DNA of 64,000 bases, from positions 820,645 to 884,644 of the forward strand of contig NW_005434656.1 in NCBI RefSeq assembly GCF_000315625.1, in the 5' to 3' direction. This DNA is from Guillardia theta CCMP2712. Its lineage: Eukaryota > Protista > Cryptophyta. Position numbers and translations under genes: made by a program. Below are positions 36,789 through 49,040 of this stretch, piece after piece; position 1 is the first letter of the stretch, and every line of letters starts with the position of its first letter. Under the pieces are notes generated by a model. That model did not search any database. It had not been told where the DNA came from and worked only from the letters and a program-made list of their open reading frames with translations.

Positions 36789-37943
36789 TCACATTGAGCT
36801 TAAAGTTTGACGCGAGCCCATCTTCCTGGCAAGCTCCCTGTCCTTCCCGACGACCTGGTGGGTGAGTGGGACCACAAGGTCCACCTCCTCCTCCTCATAC
36901 AGCCTCTTCAGCAGCCTCTCCGCCACCTCCTCAACCGGCTCAATGCTCGCGTTGTTGAACGCCCCGGGTCGGTACAGCGCCTTGTCCTCCGTGAGGAGCC
37001 CCAGGAACGCTATCCTCCTCCTCTTACCCCCGCTCTCCACCTCAATGATCTCGAACTCGCTGGTTCTGTCCGCCCCCTTCCCCAGTTGGATGTCCGTCAT
37101 GTTCGAGTTGACCCAACGGAAGGAAGACTGCAGTATCCGGCTGATCAGCTCTGGGTGGGGGACGTCCGTCTCGTGGTTCCCGAAGCACACTAGCTCCACC
37201 CCGCAAGCGTTCAGACACTCCACCATCCCCATCCCGTTGTCCAGGGATGACAGCAGCGAAGGCGCCAGGAAGTCTCCGGGGAGCACGAAGATCGTCCTCG
37301 CCCCGTGCTGCTTCGCCTTCACTGCCGTCGCCAGGTGGGGCAAGTTGTCGAGCTCGTACACGTCGTTGACCGACAAGATTCTCACCAACATCGGCTCGTG
37401 AAGGTGCTGCCACTGCTGATGCTCCTCCTCCTGCCGTCTCAGCTCCTCCTCCTCCGCCTGCCTCACGTAATCCTGCATCGTCATCTCCTCCTCGTTCGGT
37501 GGCTCTGCACCTCGCTCCCCCTCCGCCTTGACTTCTGCTCCCGCGCTCCCTTCCTTCACATGCTGGTTCTCGCTGGCACTCATCCCCTGCTCAATAACGG
37601 CAGGATCGACGCCAAAGGAGGGGACGCGAGCCAAGAACGCTTCCTCCCTCTCCTTCTCGAACTGCTTCATAAGTTCTGCATGCTCGTCCACAACAGGACC
37701 CTCCTGCTCTCCTGGTCCACTCTCCTCCTCAGCGAACGCCTCTTGCCGCTGGGCCTCGAACATCTTGAGCAAGTCATCGGCTGTCTGCTCAGTCGTGTGC
37801 TCAGTTTCCTCCGGCTTACGCGGAGTTTTCTTCTCCTCCTTCTGCTTCTTCTGCTCCTGCCGTTCGTTCTGACCTTTTCCTCCTGCCTCCTGCTGCTTGT
37901 GATCTGTAGCAACAGATTCGGGCTTGGAGGAGCCACAGCCCAT
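36789..37943 (-). CDS. 5'-nucleotidase-like metallophosphoesterase with an N-terminal myristoyl/palmitoyl motif; apparently C-terminally truncated
   Basis: Begins MGCGSSK. Motifs NDVYEL, GDFLAPS, FGNHETD, NSN, LGLLT and LTHQ are present; no GGHDH motif is visible. Confidence 0.75.
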   Translation of the reverse strand: MGCGSSKPESVATDHKQQEAGGKGQNERQEQKKQKEEKKTPRKPEETEHTTEQTADDLLKMFEAQRQEAFAEEESGPGEQEGPVVDEHAELMKQFEKEREEAFLARVPSFGVDPAVIEQGMSASENQHVKEGSAGAEVKAEGERGAEPPNEEEMTMQDYVRQAEEEELRRQEEEHQQWQHLHEPMLVRILSVNDVYELDNLPHLATAVKAKQHGARTIFVLPGDFLAPSLLSSLDNGMGMVECLNACGVELVCFGNHETDVPHPELISRILQSSFRWVNSNMTDIQLGKGADRTSEFEIIEVESGGKRRRIAFLGLLTEDKALYRPGAFNNASIEPVEEVAERLLKRLYEEEEVDLVVPLTHQVVGKDRELARKMGSRQTLSSM

Positions 37944-39601
37944 CTCGAGTATGCTCCTCCTGCCACAGGAAGCGTCAGCTGGCTGAGAGCAGAGTTCGAG
38001 TCACGATGTGCGACTAGGTGCAACAATGCAAGGGGAGGCTAAATGAAAAGCAGAAGCGGAGTGTAAGAAGAGAGATCATTGCAGAAAGAAGAGAAAAACT
38101 GGACATTTCAAAACAGAGATCTGATCTCCTGAATCCAACAAAGATCTCCTAGCAATGCTTCATGCAAAACCTCCCTCGCTCCTCTGCACTGTTATTAATC
38201 CCTTCCGCAAGCAAGCGGAGCACCATATTTTTTTTGGCCTCTCATTATTCCATGGATGCTATGAAAAAGAAACACCATGATATCGATCAAATCAAGTCTG
38301 AAGCCTCCTCTCCTCTCCTCTCCTCTCCTCTCTTTTGTCGTCGATGCTTCATCCTGGGTCCATTTATAACATCTGTAACCTCTTCCGCATAATTGCTCCA
38401 CCCCCGTCAACTACTCCCAATCTTTGCTCTTTCTGTCCTCCCTTCATACTTTCTCAACTCCCTCTGTCTTCTTCCATCTCCTCTCCTCCTCTCCTCCTGC
38501 CCTTCCTCCTCTATCTCCGTCCTGAATAGTCCGCATGTCCCTCAACCGTCGGCCAGGTAGTTGCTTCTTCGATAATAGCTGTTTTCAGCCTTTCGTGTGT
38601 ACCAAAGAGTTACCTCCATCCACCCCTACCCCCTCATTATCTGCGCGTTTTCGAGGTATACACCCCTATTTAAAATGTTTTAATATGTTCTAAAACATAT
38701 TTTACCGCCGGGGCCGGGCGACCGGGGTGGCCGCTGCGCCGGAGTACTCGTGAACTCACGAGTCAGTTACTGTGCCACCCGGGCCGGGCGGAACTTGAAG
38801 GCCGCCCGGGCCGGGCCGGCCCCTCAGACTACGGTGACTCGATCGGACTCTTCGAACTGAACTTCATATGGTATTCGTGGACTTCACAGTTGGGAGCCTG
38901 CCACCGCCGGGCCCGGCCCCCGGCGGCCGGCACCGGGCCGGGGACCGCCGAGGGCCCGGCGGCCGGGCCCTCGGAGTCCCCGGCCGCTTGAAGATCAACC
39001 CGCCGGATCATCCGGAGTCCGCGGGGGCCGGGGGCAGTGAACCTTCAAGTTTACTCAAGTTGAAACTGATCCTACTCTTTTATGAGCCCGCCTCAGGGCA
39101 GATGTCTTGATGTTTTTAAAACTACTTTTTGTTGTCATTTTTGGAAGCACCACGGTGCCTTCGTTGCCAGCCGTACCCCCCTTGGGACTACAACAGGTCC
39201 CTCAACAAGTACCCCCTACTGTAACCAATAAAAAGAGACGAAAGGGTGGGTAGTACCACCACCACTCGATGTTAATTTCTTTCAAGGGTGTTTGTGTTAT
39301 AGAAAAACGAGTTTTATTGTGACAAAACGTTTCGTTAATACATCGTTTCGATTGATAATTAAATTTTAATTTGAGCCCCACCCCTACTTGTTGTATCCAC
39401 CCGCCTGGAATCTGGAAATGATCACAAGCACCTCCTACCCCACATTATCCCTTTTACTACCCCATTATTCCCCACAAAAGTGATTATTTGAACACCCCAC
39501 CCATCTACTGATTGTGTGATATTTTGAGTACCCCACCCATTCTGGGTCATCAGTCTCCTATATTATCCCCTGGTGTAAGAGGAGACCGTACTCAGCCAGC
39601 C

Positions 39602-40864
39602 ATGAACAAGGTAAGCTACGATGCGCGATGGAGAAAGAGGAAGACCATGAGAGAAATGAAGCTCAAGGGGGAGAGAATAGAGTGATGCAAGGCGGTAGTC
39701 CATCAGTCTGAGCCATGGTGTGGAGAAGAGGTGTTGGATGGGGTTTTGTGTTTTGTGACAAATATGCATATTCGTTCCTTCGCCAAAGATTGCGTGCCAC
39801 TGACCGTTCTTGTGCAGGCTGTACTCTTCCTCGTCTTTTGTGCTGTCGTCCATTCCTCCCTAGCATTGGGAGAGGACGATCACGACTACCACGATCACAA
39901 CACCCCTGGTGCTGATCCTGGACCCGGACCTCGACCTGGACCGGGTCCTCGACCTGGACCTGGACCTCACCCAGGACCTGGGCCTCACCCTGGACCCGGA
40001 CCCGATCCCCACGACCCGAAGATGGTTTGCAGCCATGACTTCATGCGGTTCTGCGCCTTCAGGGTGCCGGACATGGATAACTTCGAGCAGATCATCCAGT
40101 GCATGCAGAGCCACTCGGCGGACTTGGTCCCCGAGTGCAGGGCAATCGTGCAGAACATCTCCGACGACATTGCAGCGTTCCACACCGCCTGCGATACCGA
40201 CATGCAGGCCAAGTGCCCCGACGCCATCGGCCAGCCCATGAAGACCCACGAGTGCATCATCGTCAACCTGGCCGACCTCTCGCACGGCTGCCTCGCAGAG
40301 ATCTCTACCATCGCTCAGAAGATGGAGAAGCACGCGGGCCCACACGGCCCTCCTCCCCGGGGAGTCATGGATGCCTACCCTGGCCTCTTCGGGCAGTTCC
40401 AGGCCGGTGGCGAGCCGCATCAGGGCACGATGTTCATGAACAATGACGAGGATCGCCAAGGGTGAGGGACGGGCAGTGCTGGCCCCCAGTGAGCTCACGT
40501 TGGACCTGCAGGAAGCACCATGGATTCATCGGCAGTTTCATGTTCGGAGCTGTCGTAAGCGCCCTGGTGAGTTCTGGTCAAAGAGACCGCTGGGATTGTG
40601 ATGGAGTTTGTGCAGGTGGTTGGCAGCGTCCTCTTTGTCAAGAAGGTGATGAAGAAGAGGCGCGGTTGCTGCCGCCATGGCTGCAAACCAGCTCTCCAGC
40701 ATCCTCCCTTCCCCGGAGTCTGGATGGAGGGACATCAGCCTGTCGGTGCTCCGATTCTTGCGCAGACTGCGGACAAGGTGAGAGGAGCTTGTTCTGTCAG
40801 GCCATGAGTCGCTGACCAGACTTGATGGCAACAGAATGCCGACTCTTACCACCAGTTTGCTTAA
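39602..40864 (+). CDS. Type I membrane protein with a Pro-Gly repeat and two Cys-rich (GLG1/Cys_rich_FGFR-like) repeats
   Basis: MNK|AVLFLVFCAVVHSSLALG (intron 39611-39817), (PG)n, CxxDxxxFC...IxCx..H..xL...C twice, TM FIGSFMFGAV|VVGSVLFV followed by KKVMKKRR, probable end NADSYHQFA*. Confidence 0.7.
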
Positions 40865-40938
40865 GAGGAGTCTGAACGTCATGTCGTGAAGAGGTTTTCT
40901 TGAAATTTTGTGTTGCAACAAAGAAAGCTGTAATTTAG

Positions 40939-42627
40939 TTATCTCCTTGTTTTATTCTTGCCATTGAAATAAGCTTTGTCCATCAACATCTGCATTTGCT
41001 GCGAACCTGTCATCGCACAGAGCTGCCTCATCCTCCCAACGCACCTGCAGGTCGCGCTGGGGACAGGGCTTCACCTCTCCAGCCTGGAGCATTCCGAGAC
41101 GGAACATGCCGTACCTGCGACCTGTCAGAGGGCAACCCGCGCTTGCTCGCCTCCCTCACTTGACGCGTATCAGGCGCGTCACTTCCCATCCAAAGGACTC
41201 GATGACCCTCCTGATCTGTTGCCGCACAAGGTCACGGAAAGAAGAGGGTCCAAGGAGGCGGGTATGACCTCGCGGTTTTTCCCTTCCCTGAGTACCATGG
41301 CGATCCAACGGTTCGACTGGTTCTTCGGCTCTGGAGGAAGGGAGCGGAAGGAAGAGCAATCATCAGGTCAAGGCCCTCCTCCCTCCTCCCTCCTCCCTCC
41401 TCCCTCCTCCCTCCTCCTTCCGCCTCCTGGGAGGATCGAGAAGAATGCAGTTGCTCCATACCTCTGTCTTCAAACCTCGGGTCGTCGAACCTCGCATCGA
41501 TCCCCTTGTACTGGACCCCAGCAACCGACAGTCCCCTGGCGCACGCGTGAGGGAGGGAGTCAACACTGTCGCGCCACCTGGCTAGCTGTTCCAGCTGCTG
41601 GTCGGACACCCTGGGTCCATGCACGCGAACGCGGTACTCCCTCTCAATGTTGTTTGCCTGGCAGAGGCTCCTCAGTGCCACATCGCGTTCTCCCCCGTCG
41701 GACTGACCGGCAGCTCCAGGAAGCGTTTGATCTCTCCGTCGTTGGTGAGCACGAGCAAGCCTTCTGTGGAGAAGTCTAGCCTGACGCTGAGCATGAGAAC
41801 TACCGCAGGAGCCTCGCACGATGCTGCTACCTCCCCACAGGGCTAATGTTCTGCCAGAACTCGTCTTGGGGAAGCAGGTCATAGATTGTCGGGCGGGACT
41901 AGAAGGAGTAAGAGGAAGGAAGTCGTGCTGCAGGTCCGTCTTACCAACGGGTCGGATTTCGTCGTCAAGTAGCCTTTGGGCTTGTGGAACAGGACTGAGA
42001 GGACGGGAAGCAGTAAGGGCGCCAATACTTCAAGGCAGCAGACCCACTGATCTGAGGAGGAGTGTGGGGGTCAATCTCCTTTCCATAAACCTTCACCACA
42101 TCTGAACTGCAACGTCACTCTCTTGCAAATGGACATCAGAGCAGCGGACCTGTCACGCTCAACCATGTGCTGCAAGAAGTGACGACGTTCCCGTTGACCT
42201 CCACGTCTCCTGCCTTGATGATGTTGATGGCTTCACGCCTCGAGCAGAGACCACTCCTCGCGATTGCCTGCAAACAGAGGTTGGGAGGGTTGGAAGGGTT
42301 GGGGGGAGAGCGCGATCAGGGGAAGAGAGAAGTTGAGGCCACTCTATGCTCATCATTTTTACCTTTGCGAGGATGGGTCCAGCCCTCTCCTCCTCTTGCA
42401 TGTCTGAAAAGGAGCGAGAAAAGGTTTGCTAGGAAGATTTTTCAACCACATCGAAGGCGAGCAGCAGAGCTCACCGTCATGCCTGAGCTCCTCATGTTGC
42501 AAGGAAGACGGTTGATCCCCCCTAACCATCTCCATCCTCTTGCCGCTCCTCCTCCTCCTCCTCCTCCTCCTCCTCCTCCTCCTCCTCCTCTTGCCAACAT
42601 CCCGAGCATGCACCGCAATGCTGCCAT
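40939..42627 (-). CDS. RluB/RsuA-family pseudouridine synthase with S4 domain, probably organellar; multi-exon
   Basis: AIARSGLCSRREA..IKAGDVEVNG (S4), RLDFSTEGLLVLTNDG, EREYRVRVHG, LREGKNRE, IRRV...VTRLIRV. Confidence 0.85.
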
Positions 42628-42839
42628 GTTGCCTGGAACGTGAGGTCAGTACGTGCAGGAATACCTGCCTATGAACAGGAGTATTCAACGTTGCTGTCTT
42701 TGTTAAAATTTTTGAGGCGGACTCGTATTGCTACTACTTGAGTAATAACCCTTGTTTGTGCTAGCCATTACGATTTCATGGAGGAAAGGGAGGGAGGGAG
42801 GGAGGAAGCAAGTGAGATGGGGAGGGATATAAGGAGAAG

Positions 42840-43595
42840 ATGAAGCGACTTAGCATGATGCGATACTGGAAAGCTGGTCCGTCCTGTCTCAGATCATCTT
42901 GCAGCTTCCTCTGGCACAAACTATCTCGCTCCTCTTGCTTGCCCGCTCAACCACCCACCAAGCTATGCCTCTCCCAGCCGTCGACACGCTCCCCCATGAT
43001 GATCAGATGGGACTATGCCCATCCTGCCACACGAGATACCACACGACGATCGTTCTGCGAGCAGCAGCGACAGGCTGACTTGCACATAGATTGTATCGCC
43101 ACCCCCAACCCAGATGCACTGAAGTTTGACGTGGGTCATGATGTAACGGGGAGCCTTCAGTCCTTGTCGATCAGCCATGGAGATCTGCACATGTTCCAAC
43201 AAGACCAGCATCTAGCCCACATAGCAACCCAGTTGTTTGCCGTCAAAGGAGTGCGCACCCTTCTGTTCGGCCCAGACTTCATCACGGTGAGGAGCCGGGA
43301 ACGAGATTGCCTGCCCCGTCACGATGTTCTCTTGCCAGGTTGTCAAAGACCCCGAAACGGAATGGGCGGAGACGGAAGAGCTGCTGATGCAGGTCCCTGC
43401 CCCTCCTGCTGGCTGGGTTCTCCTGACGTCAGCAAGCAGATCTTGCAGGAGGAGCTCAATGCGGCCAGACAAGATTGCCGTCCTCTAGCTAAAATCTCTC
43501 AGGAGAGCATCAACCAACTGATAGCGAGCAAGTTTGATCAGAGCCAAGTGCGTGCTGTAACTCCCTCTCCTCTTCTTCTCCTTCTCCGTCTTGTC

Positions 43596-43651
<56 letters not shown>

Positions 43652-44082
43652 CTTCTCCTCGCCCCCCAAATTTCAGGCCGGAGTCGTTGAGAAGATCCTG
43701 GAGCTCCTTGAGGAGAAGGTGGCGCCGCACGTCAGGGCCGACGGTGGAGATGTACAGGTGCAGCCAAGGCCTTGCTGACCTGCTCGCTCCTCCTCCTCTT
43801 GTGGTCTGACTGCCGCCGCAGTTTCGGGGCTTCAAGGATGGAGTTGTGTGGCTGTCGCTGGTTGGAGCCTGTACCTCTTGCTCGTCTTCTACCGTCACAG
43901 TCAGATTCATGGTTAGAGGAGGTGGTCACCGTAATCTGCATGCTAACATGATCGTTAGATCCGCAACCTTCTTATGCACTACATGGATGAAGTACGCTGT
44001 CAGACATGGAGGTTGGCTGGTAACAGATATGCAGGTGAAAGACGTAAAGGCGATAGAGCAAGGTGAACAAATCCCCTCCTAG
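42840..44082 (+). CDS. NFU1: Mitochondrial NFU1 Fe-S cluster scaffold; multi-exon
   Basis: TPNPDALKF, LFAVKGV..LLFGPDFITV, VAPHVRADGGDV, LVGACTSCSSS (CxxC). Confidence 0.9.
43600..43648. repeat. (CT)n microsatellite in an NFU1 intron
   Basis: Direct observation. Confidence 0.9.
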
Positions 44083-44194
44083 ACGTTGCGAAAGAGTCGT
44101 TTAAGTCTGCAGACACTGACATAGAAAAGAATGTTCGAGCAAATGAGCTCGTTAAGTCCAACACTAGATGTTAACTTGAGATAATTCTACACGT

Positions 44195-46698
44195 TCATAT
44201 ACAAATCCGCTGTCCATTGCCAGCTGCACCAACATGATCAGCCGCCTGACCTTCAGCCTCCCCTCCCCTCACCTATGACACTCTGCCAGTTGGGAACCAC
44301 GCAGATGGTGGAGCCAACGGGCAAGCTGTTGATGTCCTTGAGGCCTGTCACAGAATCAGGTCCGACGCCTCGGGCTTCCGGTCTCTCCCTCCACCTGGGT
44401 TGAGCCGCAAGATGTCATCGACTGTCATCCCGAACCTCCGCGATACTGCGAGGGAATTTTCTCCCTGCCATGCCGTGGGTAAGACCAGCCAAGTGAAGGA
44501 AGTCCAGCTACCTGGACGATGTAGTAGGGATGCGCGTAGTAGCGAGGAACGAGCGTCTGCTTGAAGTCTGGATTGATCGTCTGAGGATTTTGCAATGTCC
44601 CTGAACAAGAGAGTAAGAAAGCGGCCTTCGGAGCGATGGGCGAGGAAACAAGTAACCGTCACGTAACAGCAAGGGAGAAGGCAGCAAGGCAAGAGCGAGT
44701 AGGGAAGGTGAGCAGGGATGAGAGCAAACTAACCCTGATTGAGAGACCAAATGGTAATCCAATCGGACCTGACAAGCAGCATGAGTCCAGCGACGGCACA
44801 TGAGCTTCTTTACTTGTAGCTTGAGGCGACCGAGTACAGGCTGTCGTGCAACTGGAGGAGGCGCCTGCACGGGGTGGCAGGAAGCAAGTGCCCGACAAGC
44901 TGTCCATTATCGTCACAAAAGTGCGAGGACAGGTACAGGGATAGACCTGGCTCGTACACCCGGTTGCACTGGTTTTGACAACCTGAGCAAACCATCACAC
45001 CGACCAAACAAGAATGTCGACAGAAATCACCACAGTGCTGTTCAAGAAAGGCCCTGCAGAGTTGTACAGCACGTGATAAACCTTATTCATGCTCGAATCA
45101 TACTTTTCAAAAAGATCAGCGTTGCAAGAGGCGAGCATAGCTTGTGGGTACATTAATTTCAGCTGGGTATGTGTGTTTCTCATCTACAGAGCATGGCGTA
45201 ACCCCATCAGCCTGAAACACAAAACCACTGAGAAAGAATCTGACTGACGGTCTGAAACCAACCTTGAGCCCCGAGAAGGAGCCGCTGACGCAGCTCGAGT
45301 ATTGCTGAGTCTGTAGTGTGGCTAGACGAACGCTCGTCGTGGATGTCACTTCCACCGAGACTGAGAGGATCATGGATAGCAACGTTCAGCTCAATCGTCT
45401 GCGCCGTCATCACCATCACCTGGAGTTGGGATGCTCCTTGAAGGGTCTCGAGGAAGTTGTACGAGAGTGGCTGATAACTTCTCATCCGCTGCCCCGCTCG
45501 TCAAGCGCGTGAACCATCAAGACGGTACACACCACTTAGCAGAACATTCGCAAACGCGTAAGGATGAAGGTTGCTCGCTGCGCCTGCCATCTCAGAGTGA
45601 ATGTCCCCTTTTCGTCATGTCATGATGCAGCACAAGCTGTCGCCGAGTTCAGTTCTGCTTCTAGGCAGGTGACAACTTGAAGCTGTTGTTGCAGCAGCAT
45701 CAGGATCAGCACGCAGGTATCGCATGTAAGGATCTCACCTGCCCTCTTAGCTCTCCCGTTGGAACGCGATCAGTCGGCACGTTAACATAGGCAAGCCCGT
45801 TACGCAGAGCATCCATAAGCTGCGAGAGTCTCATCTCACATAGAGAGATTTCAGTTTGATCGGACCTTGGGAAGATCAGCTGGTTTGATCCTAGAGCTAC
45901 TGCTCCATAGACTGCATTTCGACAACTTCAAACGCAGTCGAGGAGCAGGAGGAGAGAGGGAGGGAGGGAGGGAGGGAGGGAGGGAGGGAGACCTCTGATC
46001 CAGAGACAAACTGGGAACACTCAATGTAGCAAGAGGAGCGACACCAGCTGCAGCCTTTCCAGAGGTCAACCGAACTTGAAAATTCTGCAAATGCCCCAGA
46101 GCACCTCTTGTGTTGCGTCGTACGGCCCATAGATGGCCGGAGGCAGGAACAGAGGAATGGCTGCCGAGTCGGGTGTGGCTGGAGACAAGAAAGATGAGGA
46201 GGAGGACGGGGAATACAAGTCAGACCTTGAACTTGGAGCGTGACCTCCAGGTAGGTTCCATCAGGCGACAGGGCGACTGTGGCGAATCCCTGTTGGTTCA
46301 AGTCAAGACTGGAGGAAGACGCGAGGAGGAGCAGACGGATGATGTAACACACCTTGAGGTTGTTGCAAGGCACTCCTGCACAATAAACTGGATGGATCTA
46401 CAACAGAAGTTAACCTGTCATCTCCTACTCTTCTTGCTATGACACGGTGAAAAGTAATGGGAGCCAATGGAAAAGACAACAAATGCACTCGAAACGACAT
46501 GCACCGAAGGAAGACAGACGGGAATAAAAACAACAAGAAAGAGACTAGGAATAGTCATCCTTGAGCCTGTTTAGCAATGGCATCCGGCATTACCTCGTTG
46601 GAAGCGTCTAGCCATGCGGCATACGTTGGACAAGATGCATGAACCGCGGGGGGAATCAGGAGAGCTGAAAGACTTGTGAGCCCAGAAAATATTGACAT
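44195..46698 (-). CDS. Secreted CHRD-domain + LysM-domain protein; multi-exon
   Basis: Signal peptide MSIFSGLTSLSALLIPPAVHA; YAAWLDASNE..GFATVALSPDGTYLEVTLQVQGLT...LRNGLAYVNVPTDRVPTGELRGQ (CHRD); GENSLAVSRRFGMTVDDILRLNP|GLKDINSLPVGSTICV (LysM); a second LysM-like start HDSLYSVASSY. Confidence 0.75.
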
Positions 46699-47525
46699 GT
46701 AGACGATAAGAGTACCAGCTAGAATCAATGGGATGATCTGTATAGGATGGCCCTGTGGAAAAATCAGATGAGCTTCATGGAGTATCCAGTACCACGAAAC
46801 CAAACACAATCAAAGAGAAAGGAGCTTTGATACCAAACAAACACCAATTTGTAAGACTTGTTGAATATCGCAAAGAGAGTATCATTTCAGATCAACTTAT
46901 ATCTTCTTCGTGCTCGCATTATCAATCGCGTTCATACCTCCTGCCGCATGGCGGCGAAAAGCCGAAAGGGATCTGGTATATCAAAGCGGGCCCTGTCAAG
47001 TAATATAATTACAATTACAGTAAAAGAGATTTCAAATGTACCTCAAGAATTATTTGACGATAATCAAATTGATGTGGTAAACAACCCCTTACCTAAAATG
47101 CCATGCGGATATCCAACCGGTGAAATAACCGTCTCTTAACCGCTATTGATATTCTTCTCAACGGCTTATAACGACTCAATCTGACCGTTGTATGTCGGTT
47201 GCATGCCTATCGGACTCGGACTCGGACTGTCCAGGCTGGGCGCGGCAGTCGGCCAGCCCCGGCGGGGCCCGACGGTCGTAACGGCCGGCGGACCTCCTCG
47301 GCGCCTCATTGCAGAAATGGGGGAAGAAGTGAAAGGAGAAGCTGCAGGAAGAAGTGAAAGTAGAAGCAGGCATGTTCAAACTAAGGGTTCCGAGTTCTGA
47401 GGCAGTGCCGTCTGCCAGTGATCGGACATACGTCCGACTCGGCACATGCTCATCAAGTCATGAGGATTGACATGGCATCATACTTCACCCTTGTTCCTCC
47501 TTGTTACACTGACGGATGATCTGAA

Positions 47526-49040
47526 ATGACAGTCAGGAGCAACCATTCAGCTGCCCTGGCAAATATGAGCGAGCGAACAATGCGTTCAACTCAAATCTTT
47601 GCACTGGCAGACCCCAAAGATGCAACAGAGGTCAGTAAACTTACAAACCAACTGATGTTCATGATTATTCTGTCTTACGATGTACCATCTGGACAGACTC
47701 GAAGAGCAAGAAAGGCTGTTGACTCCCCATCCCTCAAGGCGCACATGGATGTAATCAAGAATGCACTTGTACCAAGAGCTGAAATTGACTCCGCATGCGT
47801 CAGGTCTCTATGATGCAAAGTGACTCCGAAGACAACTTTCATGGGAGAAAGTGGAAGAAGGCAGACTTTGACTGCTGTCTTGTGCCACTCATTCACTGAC
47901 ATGCGATCTGTCCAGGTCATCAAGCCTAGCGATCAAACCGCCCCTGGTCGCCTTCAATCGGAGATGGACCAAGTGGTATCGTCAGTGCTTCCATGAGGCT
48001 TCGCGATTGTCCTCCATTCTCACTCCTCTCCTAGTTTACCAAATCCTTCGCTAGAATCGGCGTGCAAGATCGTCCAAGAGAAGTGAGACAGGTTTCTTGC
48101 TGCATCCATCCTGACTGACCATCTCCCCTCACCAAGGATTTCTTTGGACCCTCCACGGTCCTTGAGAAGTCGAGCATGAAGCGGCCCAGCAGCTCGCAAT
48201 CGCAGCGATCCAAGGCAAGGTTGGACTTCGAGAAGCAGTCGACGATGTTCAGAGAGGAGAACGGGGTGAACGGGATCCTAGCCGGCAAGTGGCTGAAGGA
48301 TATGATCGTCTGACCCTCTGAACGGTGCGTGATGTTGACAGGTGCGGGAGCCTGTGAGATCCCGTGGAAGAGCAAGCGACACGTGGCCCAGACGTCCTCT
48401 CAGAGCGCGTTGGACTCGCATGTGCAACTGGATCACCCCGATCACGGAGGATCTCGACCCATCCAGCTGGACAAGTACAATTCCTAGAGGTCCTGACGTG
48501 TCAATTGATCCATCCATTCTCTCAGGAAACAACAAGATGTCAATATCTGCCATGGCTCACCAGACAAAGACAAGAAGGAGATAACGTAAGAACTGAACCC
48601 CCCAATATTGGAATCTATCGGGCTGTTTATTGCTGTGTCTCGTCTCCAAAGTTCTAATATCCATTGCAGGCCAAAATCGATGGAAGAACTTCATCCTACG
48701 ACGAACTCAACGCCGAATAACTTTGTGCGGCAAGCTGAGACGATGGAACAAGTCAGTCAATCAAAACCTTCATCGTCGCAGTAAGCACCTGCATGCACAA
48801 GTTTGTTCCCACTCACTGACCATCCAAACAGCGAAGGACGAGAGATCGACATCAAGCAGATAACGAGAGAGAGCAATGGGGAGAGAAGGAAGGACCTGCA
48901 GCAAGGAACCAGGCAGACTCAACTTTCTGCTAACCCGTGAGCAGCTGCTGTTGAGCCGGCAGCCCGTCTGCTTTATTTCTGGACCAACTGAGTTGATTCT
49001 AGATACGCTTCGTCTCCACGATCAGATGTGTCAGCGCGCT
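47526..49040 (+). CDS. Possible multi-exon hypothetical protein
   Basis: A series of short open segments bounded by GT..AG intron-like spacers; no recognisable motif. Confidence 0.3.
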
